Of a stretch of 64,000 bases of DNA, positions 25,551 to 38,950 are shown in pieces. Source of the DNA: Blastocystis sp. subtype 4 (lineage: Eukaryota); NCBI RefSeq assembly GCF_000743755.1, contig NW_014569542.1, forward strand, positions 1 through 64,000, written 5' to 3'. The position numbers and the translations under genes were made by a program. The notes under the pieces were generated by a model. That model had not been told where the DNA came from. It made no database searches and was given only the letters and a program-made list of their open reading frames with translations. Position 1 is the first letter of the stretch. Each line of letters begins with the position of its first letter.

Positions 25551-26564
25551 CTACATATGACTTGCACAATAGTCCAAAAACTGCTGAATCTTTTGAATAT
25601 ACAAATCTTTATTCTTCTCGTATAGGTTACAATGTTGGCCATCTTCAATCCACCAGGGTGGATAAGCCGATTTCGATGCACTATACAACTTCTTACCCAT
25701 TGAAAATGGAACAACTTCATCTTTCATCCCATGAATGTGAAAGATTGGACACTAGACTCAAATACATACCTCAAGCATACAGAAATATATGAGACCTCGG
25801 CTCCATTATTATATGGATCTTTCCTTCGAATCAAACACCCTCCTATAAGTGCTGAAGAACCCGAATACAAGGCAGATTGCAGAATCACACCTCCTAAAGG
25901 AACTGGTCTGGTACTCTCATGACCAGTATTCATCCGATACTCTCTCCAGAGAGATGCCCCAACTTGGCAGGTAGGAACACAACCAACTAAGAGGAACATT
26001 AGCTAAAAACCACATACTACTATCACCAAAAAAGAATATGTTCTTTCCCTCATAGAACTGACGAGCAAAGATATACACATTCATCAAATCCCGAAAAAAG
26101 TTTCCATTCTTCGCTTGTCCATCACTACACCCATAGCCTTCATAATCATAACAAATAACGCTAACTCGCAATGCATTGCCAAGTGTCTGCATAAATTCAA
26201 CATAACAGCCATTATCTGTAGCATTTCCATGACTGAAAATGATTACTTGACTATGTGTTCACTTTCATACACTTCATACTTGGAATCAGGAATTCTATAA
26301 TGAAATAGGCAGACAGAATACTTCTCATTTACTGTAACATAATGAATCAATATAGTTTTAGGGATTACCTTCTCGGTTGTATCCATTCCATACTTACCAA
26401 CATACCCATCCTTAACAGTATCAACTTTGTCTATCTGTCAGTTTACAATAGGAATGACAACAGTACTGCGGGTATGGAGGAAACAAAGAGAGACAATCGA
26501 TGACTTCTGATAGATTGCAATCTTTCACATACAGCAATCCAACAATGGACATAAGCTGCCCCAT
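25551..26564 (-). CDS. Alpha/beta hydrolase, ABHD17-like
   Basis: IFSHGNATDNG, ICYDYEGYGCSDG, IFFFGDS nucleophile elbow, GGVILQS; multi-exon; TAG 25553-25551. Confidence 0.82.
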
Positions 26565-26619
26565 GATAAAAAGAACAATGGTGATTCAACGTAAACAACA
26601 AACAACATAATCTAAATAA

Positions 26620-28582
26620 TTACTTCATTCCACTTTGAATCCAATCGATAAATCGGATTGCGTTACTTAGAATCTCCTGGAGATACTCCCTACAGTCTTC
26701 ATCCAAAGCTGCATTCGAAAGAGAATGCTGAAGAGCACTTGTTGCATTCATCACATAGTTTGAGACATTCAATTCCTTAAAAACAGGTACATAGGATTCA
26801 TTTCCAAATCTACTCTTCAGCCATCTATTCATATATACATCGTCATCATAAAATCAAGAACAGCTCCAAGAATCTCTGCATTCGAATTATTAACAGGATT
26901 ATCCAGAGAGAGTACAACTTGGCGACACACCTCTGTAAGACAACCACGATTAACGTCAGAAGGCTTTGTAAGACTGAGAAGGCTGGAGAGCGTGTGTACT
27001 ATCTGGACAACGATCTCACCAGAACTCATCGTAAGAAGCTGGAGAGTAGGTGCAATTTGATCAGCAAAACATACTGGATTCAATGTATCATTGAACGAAG
27101 TACTCTGAGTAGCTAATTGCGACCAGACCCACATTCCCTTGATACATGCTTGTGTAACCTCTATACCCAAGGTCATATGAGTTTGAAGAAGCGGCCATAT
27201 GGTGACAAAGACATTCGAATCTACATATGGAAGTAGTGCTGTTGTTGCATCCAGGGCTCCTGCTAACAAACGTTGACGTAGGCTCTCCACTTGAGAATTG
27301 GAACCAGTCCCAAGGGCATCTAATTGGTTTATAACGGCTCCTACCACTCCTTCAATTCGTTTCACTAGTTCAGTAGGAAGACGAAGAAGTGATGTATTAG
27401 CATCGTCTTGTGAGAGGATACGAGTGATCACATCCAATACATTCAAATAAGCCTCAAGATCACGTGAAATCTCTTCACTACGTGTAACCACGTCTGCTTC
27501 TCGATCAGGAGAATTTCCATCCAAAGCTTCAGTATCCATCTTCTGTGTTGCTTCGTCATCAGCAATCACTTCTTCCTTTTCATCACTCTTTTCTGAACTC
27601 TCCAATTGCTTGAACTCATCATAACAGGCTTGGAAGGCCTGGAACTGGGCTGGAAGAGTGGCAACCTCCAGGATCTGAGAAGCATCATTCAGAATAGTCA
27701 TTTTTTCCTGCAAAGAACTATCATTAACGAAACCCCCTTCTATCTTGAAACGCACAGTCCAAGGTAAAGAGGAAGCTCTGCGTCGGATCTCCTGTGTGAA
27801 AGCTTTGTTACTGACAAACTGATCACCCATTACAGAGATAAACTCAGCGACGGAGGATTGCATCTGCTGGGCCAATGAATGGAGTTTGTTACTTCCTTTT
27901 GGAGAAAAGGCAAGAAGGAACAACATTACAGAGAAGATGGTTTGTTCTCCTTCAGATTCTAACTCGAACAATCCACTCATGTCATAGTCACTATCGTAAT
28001 ATACATCATACAAAGGTACAAGATAATTGTTAAGAGGGAAAAGAGTTGCAGATACAGATTACAGCCGATTAACTGGTCATTCTCCTTTCCATTTTGAAGA
28101 TTGATCACATTTCGATAGAGCAGACTCTTCAGCGGGAGGATGATATTTTGCTCACATAAAATGCGGATAAAGTCGTCACCGCCGACAATACACATATTCC
28201 TACAATAAACAAAGAAAAGATGGAATACCGTAATGCACCGAGGATGTTCATGCAAACAAGATATTCACTATCAGTTGCTCTTCCGATAATCTTCTTCAGA
28301 AGAGGAGAATTGACAATTAACGCCAAATTTTCCTTGTATTGGTTACTGAGATCTTCTGAAAACTTTAAATCGGATTGTAGGTCTCCAAACAAGGCACCAA
28401 TTGCTCCGCTCGTACTAATTCGAGTTTGAGGATTTGTACTATCCAACTACATGTGATTTATACAAAGACAAGCATACTCCATAGAGGATTTCCTTAGTAA
28501 TCCCGTTTTCCACTTCCGAAATGTTTGGATTTTTGTAAAATTGCCTCTTCTTGTTCCCTTTGTTGCGAGAAGCCTTACCCAT
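26620..28582 (-). CDS. HEAT/ARM repeat protein, HEATR3/Syo1-like
   Basis: Basic N-terminus MGKASRNKGNKKRQF; LGALRN-type ARM segment followed by helical repeats with an acidic loop. Confidence 0.6.
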
Positions 28583-29176
28583 TACCGTTTTCTAGGCCAT
28601 TAGTCGATACCGCCTTTTTCTGTCATTCCTAAAATCGGTTAATAAACTCAAATTGCCTTGGTATTTAGTATAAAGAAAAAGACGGTGTTGTACATATCTA
28701 TGGTACAATATTGAGAAAAAAGAACTTGCACTCAGCCATGTTCATAATCTGTGTTATTGACCTTTGAAATGGATAATTCATGTTCTATGAACCACAGAAA
28801 CACTATTCGATCCTTCAAAAGGTAGAGTTCCTTAACAAACAACTCCCTATTTGCTAATGATCTGATAGGACTTGATACATTCTTTTGAGATATATAGCTG
28901 GAATAGTGATTGCTGATCAACGATCTTGCCCAATGGCTTATAACAGACCGCTACCGGCATTAGAAACAATGTAGTACCATAAAATAGACTGGATAGATTC
29001 ACAATCAGATACAGACAGTTCACATGGAATTCCCGTGATTTTTCCGATACAACTGTTACGAGCCAATCAGATTCACTGGTATGCATTTGGACAGGTAGCA
29101 GGACGAGCAAATGACGTCTCATGTGCAGATTCTGATTCTTATTTCTCTTTTTCTTTCTGTTCTCAATATATTCGCT

Positions 29177-30491
29177 ATGAGTACTATAGAGAATACTCAG
29201 ATGTTGTATAATACGCTCATAGAATATAATCGTTTAGATGCCGGAAATGTCTTTGTAAACGGCCATTATCTGATTTTTCACAAGACAATGGAAGCAGGTT
29301 CCTGTTGAATGGTATCTGTTTACTCTTAGTGACATGGCGGTGTGTCTAAAATGTCTTACTGCTCTTGCAGATGGAAAAAGAATAGATCAGAAAGTTCATT
29401 CCATGACGTATTTCGTTGAAACAGGTAGTTACCAGTAGAAAGATTAAGTGTTCTCGTTGTCGATGTTGGAAATATGAAAAGGAATTTTCGAATCCCTCTG
29501 AGTAGTATCCTTCTTTATCGTTTATTGTTAGTTCTTCAAGGATCATGCGAACTTGTAATTCTTGTCGAAAACGAAGTAAACCATCATTTAGCAGGGCTTC
29601 TTACCGTTCGCGAATGCCTATAAAGCGTGAAGTCATCTCTGGTACTGTTTCTTTCTAATGTTCACATCTAGAGACTGAGTCTACTCGGAAAGGTTCATCA
29701 TCATGTAAGACCGAGAGTGGCGTTACAGCAACTCCTTTACCTAGTGTAGGTGAGCATCTTATTCTTGATTGTAGGGACTTCGTTGTTCAAATCCCGCTCC
29801 TTTATATAACAATTCTGTCTCCTCGTTCCCTCTAGGATCGAATCTGAATTTGCAATCCATGACAGTGTCAAGTTATGCCAACAGTTATCAGCAATTTGTA
29901 CCAAGTATTTACAAGCAGAAGCCATATCTTCAGCAGCCGAGTAATCCTCTCTATCGAACTGTACCCACTCAAGTGACTTCGGTACCTGTAAAGCCAGAAG
30001 TTCCCTATACTATGCCTTCATTACTCAGTTCGAGGATGACTCAACCTTTGGTATACCAACCTGTTCCCTCTGGTGTATGTGGTATTCCATCATCCTATGT
30101 GTCATCGTTTTCATCCCAGCCGTATCCTCCCCTTATCAGCGAGGTACAGGCCATTCCTGTTGTTAATATGAAACCTTTCCAGTCGCACTCATGCTCTTCC
30201 GAACCTCACATTGAAGCGGGAGATGTACTCAACCATTCTACGGATGATAATCAATCAAATCGTACTTACAGAATGGAGTCTTCATTAATAGTATCCTCTT
30301 TGACTAGTAGTCCTCAATCGTACAGTAATCTGGATATATTGGCTGCTCTCTCATTGAAGGAGCTTTCCACATTTAAGCGTTTGGGGAAGAGAACTACTCC
30401 TCCAAACTCGACTCCTTACTCAATTCTTCAAAGTAAGGAAAGAAAAGCATCTCTACAAGAGAGTACATCCGTAGTTTTGCTCAATGCTTAG
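29177..30491 (+). CDS. Protein with two spliced C4 zinc fingers and a Pro/Ser/Gln-rich tail (putative regulator)
   Basis: Hand-spliced MSTIENTQMLCRKCLCKRPLSDFSQDNGSSDMAVCLKCL...KIKCSRCRCWKYEKEFSNPSDSSRIMRTCNSCRKR, followed by the low-complexity ORF 29850-30491. Confidence 0.6.
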
Positions 30492-30792
30492 CGTCGTGAT
30501 TTCTTTTGAGATGTCTGCACATTGCGTTCATGTTTGTTCAAAATATTCTCTATTGACACTCTAGAGAAGTGGTATCGGATGATGGTGGTATTTTCTTCAA
30601 CTACCTGCGTAATCCTGAAGTGGTAATTTGGCTGGATCGTATCCCGATTTGGTATGGAGAAGATCCCTCTTCATGGAACACAATAAGTTTATGCGGACTC
30701 TGATGATTTGGGTACATATATCTAGAATGGACCCGAACAATGAACTTTAGTGTTTTTCTGTAGAATCAAATCATTATTTATTTAGAAAGTTT

Positions 30793-32118
30793 ATGAAGAC
30801 CCTGAGTGTATTGCTTTTGCAGCTATTTATTGTATGTTCATTCTCAGAACAATTGAGATTCGACTCCAGGATTGGATCTGAATACCGTCGTTTAGAGGCG
30901 TTGGATACTCCAACAAAAAGTACAGTTTTTGGAGATCAGATTATGATTAGTGTGTGGTACATTCAAAAACTGTTATCAGGTTCAAGATTATTCGTTTGAA
31001 ACTATTACGAAGCACAATGGAAAAGATGGAAAAGTTGCTGAGAGTTATTCAGTCGAATCGAAGTTGTATTCTGATACAGATTGTTCTGGTAATGTGATTG
31101 TTGACGAGAAGGTCACCTTCAAATGGGTGGACTATCGGACTGTGACAAGTTATCCCTGTAGGAGTCGGAAGTCTCCTTAAGAACTAGACAAGGTAATTGG
31201 AAAGAGAAGTGTGGATTCGTATTCTATTGTGTTCAACGAATGGAACTATTTTGGTGTCCCAGTCACTTGTACAGGAATGACTCTTGGTCAGAGTTATTCG
31301 TTGAGGTTGCCTATTGTATTTGATGTAATATCTAGTGATGTACATTGTGAGAAGGAAGATGGAACAAGTCCTATCACTGCGTATGAGAGTGCTTCAACTA
31401 CTGAATGCACTTACACATGGAAGGATAGTGGTAGTGATTGATGACTTGTTTTATTCTAGATGATGTGACTGACTGTGATGGAGTTCCTGCTACTCGTTCA
31501 AGTAATTCGGGCTGTAGTAATTCAACAGCTGTGATTATTTGGGTTGTGGTGATTGTCGTTATTGTGATAATTATTGTGATTGTTGTAATTGTAATGATGC
31601 AGAATAAGAAGAAGCGTAAGAATGATTGATATGATTTAGAAATAGGCTTAGAGAAGGAAAGAAAGGAGAAGGAGAAGAAAGAGAAAAAGGAGAAGAAGGA
31701 ACGAAAGGAAGAAGAGGACAAGGCAACGAAGATTATTGAAATGACAGCTGTTGAACCTGTTCCTGTTCAATCGACTCAACCTGCTCCTGAATCAGTTCCT
31801 GTTCAGCCTGTCCCTGTTGAATTGGCTCCTACTGAGTCCCCTGTTGAATCAGTTCCTGTGCAGCCTGCTCCTGTTGAATCAGTTCCTGTGCAGCCTGCTC
31901 CTGTTGAATCAGCCCCTGTACAACCTACTGAACCTACTCCTGCTCAACCTGCTCCTACAGAGCCTACTCCCATTCAACCTGCTCCTACAGAAGCAACTCC
32001 CGTTCAGCCAACACCTGTCGAATCTGCTCCTGTAGAGATGAAACCCACAGAACCAATTGAAATTGTACCATCTGTCTCTCCAGCTGAAGTATCCACTTCG
32101 ACAAATGCTAATCTGTAA
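30793..32118 (+). CDS. Type I membrane protein with Cys-containing ectodomain and Pro/Val/Glu/Thr repeat tail
   Basis: Signal peptide MKTLSVLLLQLFIVCSFS; TM AVIIWVVVIVVIVIIIVIVVIVMM followed by KKKR; KE-rich linker; PVESVPVQPA repeats; TAA 32116-32118. Confidence 0.75.
31840..31912 (+). repeat. Coding minisatellite, 30-bp unit (PVESVPVQPA)
   Basis: cctgttgaatcagttcctgtgcagcctgct x~2.4 exact, with degenerate copies on both sides (~31750-32060). Confidence 0.9.
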
Positions 32119-32144
32119 ACTGTTTCTAACAAACACTACAATTT

Positions 32145-35100
32145 TCAAATATTCAGAATAGAATCAAGAAGCTCAGGTAAATACCATACACGATTTGTCT
32201 TTGTTATACTTTCTAAGAGCAATTTACTTCGCTCATTATAATCCATAGCTCGGATCACATCATTCTCCGAATCCAATGTTCCTGTCTTTGAGTGATATAC
32301 TGAGCCAAATGAATAGACCAATGAGGGTGTTACTAGTATCATAATCTCAGCAACATCAGTATTAAACAGTACAGTACAATTGCATGCCTTCTCGTCAGCA
32401 TTTTGATCAAGACAGGAATTCTGTTCCGATAGTGGACAATACTACATTATCATCGTTGAAAATTCATACCATTCGACCACACATCAAACAGATCAAGGGA
32501 TTACCAACCTTCTTCTTGCATCCCCAACACTCATGACAACGCTTACATCTCTTTATTTCTCCTCCATTGTGCTATATTTCATTGATCCCCATGATTCTTA
32601 CAAAACAATGATTTAGTTCTAATAGAGTATACACATCTTTGGGGAAAGGAATGAAGAGTGAGTTGTGGTGAAGTAACTCCACAGACTTGTATACAGGAAC
32701 CCGAGTTGATATCGGCTTTTGAATCCGAAAAGCGATCGACAATCTACACTCAACTCTCTCTCTTGGATCTACGCATAACAATCACTGCGAAACATGGCAA
32801 GGGAGCGCTCACTGGTGACTTTGACTGCTGGCAAATCTTCGAATACTTGAGAATACTGGCTTGGTGCTGGTAGCTTAAGAATGTTGAGCAGGTCATCAAC
32901 AGAAGAGGGCATAATATAAGACTCAGTCTGATTGCATCCATACGACATGGCGTATAGAAGAATCACTAGATTTACAGAAATATACCAATCCTTACAACAC
33001 TTCCTTAGATACACCGATATCAACTCTTTCACAGTCACTTCAATCTAATGATCAAAGGAGATTATCAATTTGACTCCTTGTTTAGTCAGAAGGTCATCAA
33101 TCACAGATAAGTAACCAGTATCTGCATCAAAACCCAATGGACTCATAATAGAAAACAGTTCTTGAAGAAGTGTGATTAACGGTGAATTCCTTGCTTTCAG
33201 AGTTTCAAAATCAGGACAAGAAGTAATCTCTATGAAAATCAATGCATTAGTGATATTCTACGACTCCAATTCATGGTTTGATTCAAGAGAATAACAATAC
33301 ATGCTTGCTGAATAGCATGGATATAGAAGACTCGAATACCTGAGATTACACTTAAGTAATAACGATCTAAGAGATTCAGAGTCTTGTCTTCAGGAGGAAC
33401 AGTGAAGTGGAGGTAACGTACCAGCTGAGAGAAGGAAGTATCCATCTTAGCCTCAGTAGACTCTGGATCAAACGTTTTCTTCTGGAATGAAACATACCGA
33501 TTACTGCATTGTGTTGAAATAACCTCAAGCAATTTGGTTTTCAAGAGTTCAGATTGCAAATGCGAGTCTAATGGATTCTCGGTTCCCTCGAAGGTTTGTT
33601 GCTTATCTAAGAGATTCACGAATTGTTCTGAAAGAGATTTCACAGTCTCAAAACCTGTAGAATCAACACCATCCAGTTTCAGACGTTTCGCGTCATCCAT
33701 TGTAGAACAGTTCAGATAATCACTATCTACCTGTTTCAAGAAATCTGTTATTCGTTCCACATTCCTGATAAATTGCTGATCAGTTGATAATAATTTCTCC
33801 TTGATTCCCGTGAAAAAAGAGAAATAGCATTCAAAGAGAGATGGGTAAGGAGCATATGAAGTGGATAAAACAACTCTGTTATCATCGATCAGAAAATACT
33901 TTCCTAACATAGAGACGTATTGAATGAATCTAGAAAGAGAGTTTAAACTTGGGTCTTCCTTATCAAGAGATTCAAATGAATAATGCTGAGAGATTATCTC
34001 TCCTTCTTTCATTATCTCTTCTCGTTCATTGTCTTCCATAGCCAACTCAAATTCCTTAGTCGACATACTCTCTTCATCTTGCATTTTGCGATGTCGATCA
34101 TTCGCTTGAATCGATAGAATACACAATCCTCTCAATAACTGATGAATCGTTTTATTGAAAGCGATTACGTTGTTACATGAACTCAGAGTCGAATAATGAT
34201 CCCTGATTGAAACAGCTTGATCATAGTAACCGAATTTATGATTCTTATTAGATACAAATGACATCAGTTTTAGTGTACTTAAGGATGTCATGTATTCTGA
34301 GGTCATATACTATCTGATTAGCGAGATATTTGTCAAATACCTGCTGATTGTAACAACAAAAGAACATATTGGTGAGGAATACTTGATGAAGTGTTTGTAT
34401 CGAAGAAGGACTCAACAGAACTTCACCCTTGTCATTCCGATTCACAAAAGGAACTCCTCCAACTATGAATCATCCCTTTCTTTCAGTCCTACTGAGAAGA
34501 CATTTGTCTTCACGAGCATTCAATTCAATTTGAGTGATTGAAGAATTGAGAATACCCATGCACCAATTCTCAAGGAAACCATTTGTGCTATCCACTTTGA
34601 TTTCATCACGATAGTAATGAAACTGTCGAAGAAGTGTTGGTCTTTCTCGAATCTCTTTGAATAAGAACTAAAATGAACGAAGGAGTGAATTCTTACTCGT
34701 TGAGAATGATCTGATAAACTTGAGATTGTCTAGTGTTGAACCAAATCGTCCATTTGTACATCAAGAATCTCCTGGTTCATAGCATCAGCATACTGATCGA
34801 ATATAGATCGAAGACTGCGTGTATGAAACCCAACATTAATGGTAGGCGACATGAACAACGGGAAATAAGAGACGAGACGCCGACACACAGGACAGAGGAA
34901 AGTACCTTGAATCTTGTCAATATAAGCATGCTTTCTAGCAAGCATTCGTTTCAAACAACGATAATGAACGAAGTGAGTACAGGACATGATTGTATCTGCA
35001 TACCTTGACTCCAGACTGGATTCATTTGTATAGAGAGCCAAGAAACTAGAGTCAGCCTGCTGTTGTTTTGATACAAAGGAAGCAAAATCGACTAATTATA

Positions 35101-38100
35101 AGTCTGGAATCGAATAGTATACAAGATTCACTATCAGTTGCTGTATTGAAGGACTGATTAACAGTTGCTCCTAATGCTTAATATGGAATTCAAGTTTTAC
35201 TCCACGCAGAATTATTATTCATGTGACAGAGCATACAGGGAAACATATCCTTCTCTGTACTTGGCCCACATCGACACAATACACATTCAAATTCTTGTAT
35301 TGGATCAGCTTCTTCTGCTGATTCTGGATCCGATTCATCCTCTTCTTCATACATTGAGAGAAATTGACTAACATTGTTGGACACAGATGATAAAGCAGCA
35401 TTTGCTTGTTCTCGAGATATTGTACTTCCAGATACTTCTACGACACTTCGCAGCTGGTCAACCACTTGCTGATCCTCAGGATGATCAGTACGGGCAATCA
35501 TTTGAAACGTACACAAACCTAAGGACTTAACATCCTCTGAAACTTGGGGATCCCTCACAATATAAGCTATGAGATTTGCTACACTCGGTTCTGAATCCAG
35601 CTTTATGGATGAGGTGATTATTACATTCTCCCATAAAGCATCACAAGCCCATGATACAGTCTCAGTCATTGGTATCTCTTCATTATTATATGTAAACTCT
35701 CTCTGTTTCAGCCATTCTTGATATTTAGTGACATCTAGATCAAATGAAGAAGAAAAAACTACTGCATGGATGAAGAGGACGTCTTTGCTTGCCATATTGT
35801 TGATCAACTCGAGGATATACTTGAATTAGATAGAACAACATTTCCACAAACTTCATATTCGTATATCCCAACTGGATTTGGGTCTGAAGACTGTGATATA
35901 TGAAAGCAAGTAACGTATTCGAAGAGATAAATGAATGAACAAAAGAACTCAAGGCATATTCACAAGGAGAGAAAGGAGCAATCTGATAAGCTTTCTGTTT
36001 CAGGTTCGTGTTTATCTTCTAGAATGATAATGGATTCATTGAGTTTACATCAATCAACAAATTGATAAGGCTTAAATTGGAACAGAATACAAAGATTGGT
36101 ACCATTGGCATCAATTCCTGTTTTAATGAGTAGACACACTCGACTTGATTCTCTTGATACTCCATTATCGCAATCTCGGGAAGAAAGGAATGAATAATAT
36201 TATCATAATCTCTCATCGTACCAATAACACTACTAATCTCATTCAAAGTAAGCGAATCACTACATAAGATCGCCATAGTATGCTGCTTCAGTATCTTCTA
36301 AGAGTCAAATCATTCTAATTCCTCTACTGTAAGATCATATTCAATTAGATTCCTGGAAGTAACAACTGACAACAGACATATCACACAATATACCATCATT
36401 GTTTCCATTCCCTTAATCTTTGGAGTAGCCATTTCATCAGGTTCCAAACATAAATCATTACCAAAGTAAGCTAGAATGTTTTGAAACACATTGTCAGGAT
36501 TCAATACTCGAAAAGCCAACTGAATTGACATAACATAACAGTCATTCATACTAACAACTTCAATATACTGAGTATCATTCTCTACTACAAGAAATTGATT
36601 CTTATTGAATCGAATCTCACCAACTGCGTATACGAAGAATGAACAACACAAGCAACGCAAACTATTGTGAAGGATACGTTGCACTACATCACTGTATTTA
36701 GAACATTTTGCATATACCTGCTCAGCTATTGAATTCTTATGAAGGACGAGAGAGAGAACACATAAAAGGAGATAATCATGAGCATGAACAATATAACGAC
36801 CTTCCATATAATTACTATCATGTTCACGCTGAAACACATTCATTTCATTACTATATCTGTTTTCACGTGCTTGGTAATCCATCAAACAACCTTCAACAAA
36901 TGCAATAATCTGAACGTCGGACATAGAAGAGAATGCATTGACTAACCACTTCAATATTAATGCAACCATTCTCTCTGTCCAATTAATTGCACCAAAGATA
37001 TGAGCCTCTAATGGATCCTCTTCAGAGAGTTCTGTGTAATAGGATTGAAAGGTATTGTACTACACTCAATGATCACATTCAATTCAACTTGATAGAAAGC
37101 AATGTACTCTAGAAACTCTGGAACAAATCGAAGTGTTGATACATTATCAATCTCCTCGGTAACGAAAAAGAATTCTGCAGGATCTAATGTTTCTTCAATG
37201 ATTGTAAGAAGGATGGTTGTCGTGAAGGAAGGGATCTGTGTAACTGGATAGACATTCGTGACAAAGAAGGTTTCTATAAATGATACTTTGAAATCAGAGT
37301 CACGCTTTGGAAACACACTTAGGAGCTTGTCCATCATTTGTGCGATCTGTTTCAACAGTTGACGTAAGAACACAGAAAAATAAGGTCTGTGATGAATAAG
37401 AGAAGCTATCCAATGAGATATAAACAATGAAAATACTTGCATGGAAGAGTTGACAATGGATAGAATCAAGGAATCCTGAATAGATGTTAGGAACACATAC
37501 TTCAATGGATGTGTCTTCGTTTCCTTGTAACCATGCCCATGTATCTAGGATCAGATTAACACACTAGCAATACTCTGATACACATTTACTAATTCACGGT
37601 AATTCCTCCGAATTCTCTTTCCTAAATACTGTTCCAGTGAGAGATTCTCCTCTTTCAGATATGAAGCAATATCTGAGTAATACCCATAGAGATGAAGGAC
37701 AGTATCACAGTAATCTGACATCAGAAAACCGAGTTCAGTGAGATATACATCCGTAAAAGCTTCTTTGAATTCAGAATCAAATAGAAGAGTAAGGATAATG
37801 GTAGTGAAAAAGTGCTTAGATTAAGAAATACAAAAATAAGTACTGCATTTGTTGCTTTACCCAAAGAACGAAGCATGAATGACATGATAGACCTTCTACT
37901 ATATGCTGGATCATTTAACAGTTCAGAAGACAGAGAACAACCCCATGTTATCAAGCATTTTTGAACTGTATCTCGATCATATGTTTTGATGAAGCAACGT
38001 CCAATCAGTTGCATCGTTATCTTACTGATGTTGGCAAAGTCAATAATGAGAGATGATAAAGCCTGTGTCTAATATGAAGCACACTTAATAGAATCACATT

Positions 38101-38886
38101 GAAGGGAAAGGGAGTAACTGAATAATCACCAAGACAAGCCAAAACCATTAACGCAGTCATGTCGAATACTTCAGTAATCCGATTTGCATCCCTATCTGAT
38201 TAAGGAGAAGATTTGTAACAACATCTCGTTCAGAGAAGCGAGTTGTGACTCATCCATTGTTGTACACTGATGTTTTGGGCACCATAACTCCTTTTTCCAC
38301 GAAGTAATGTCTCCACAATCGCAGCAACCACCTTCAGAAGCCATTTCTATACAATAGTCATGATTCTACCATTCACAGTAAAAACAACCCTTACACTATG
38401 AAGATTAACATCAAAGCACTCCGAACACATACAGCTCGAGTCTCCAAAGCTGCAGTCCTTGCATCGATACGAATAATCATTCTTTGTAAAGATATGGTGA
38501 CAACGACAATGTGGTGGAAGAACCTTTTCCAAAGAAGTTACATAATCCTCATATTCCTGATTCAGAGCTAAGCAATTCTTCAAATACTATTCATCAGCTT
38601 CCTTAGCTATCAAAAGCTACCGTAATGATAATTCCATCCGACTCTGTCTCAGATTCATTAGGATCATGACCAAATCGCAAATACCGAATATTCTCTATGT
38701 GAAGATCTCTTCCATCTTGATTGGAACAATTCCGCTGACCGTAAAGCATAACAAGCATATCCACATCTGCTTTCTCTGTAACCATCCTGAGAAACTATTT
38801 CACAGTGCTCCAAATCGTAGCTCTAAACAATTAAATTGGTTTCAAAGCAATTGTTATTTGCTACAACGATTCTGGAATCGAATCAT
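32145..38886 (-). CDS. UBR-box/RING E3 ubiquitin ligase (N-recognin, UBR1/2/3-like), many exons
   Basis: UBR box CRCHHIFTKNDYSYRCKDCSFGDSSCMCSECF..H / GGCCDCGDITSWK...CPKH; RING ECVLC...SCTHFVHYRC...FLCPVCRR; start approximate. Confidence 0.85.
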
Positions 38887-38950
38887 AGTCACTCTATAAT
38901 AATCATAACCACTGTACGGTTTCGTTGTCCTGTAGGTTCTTTTTGTTGAA

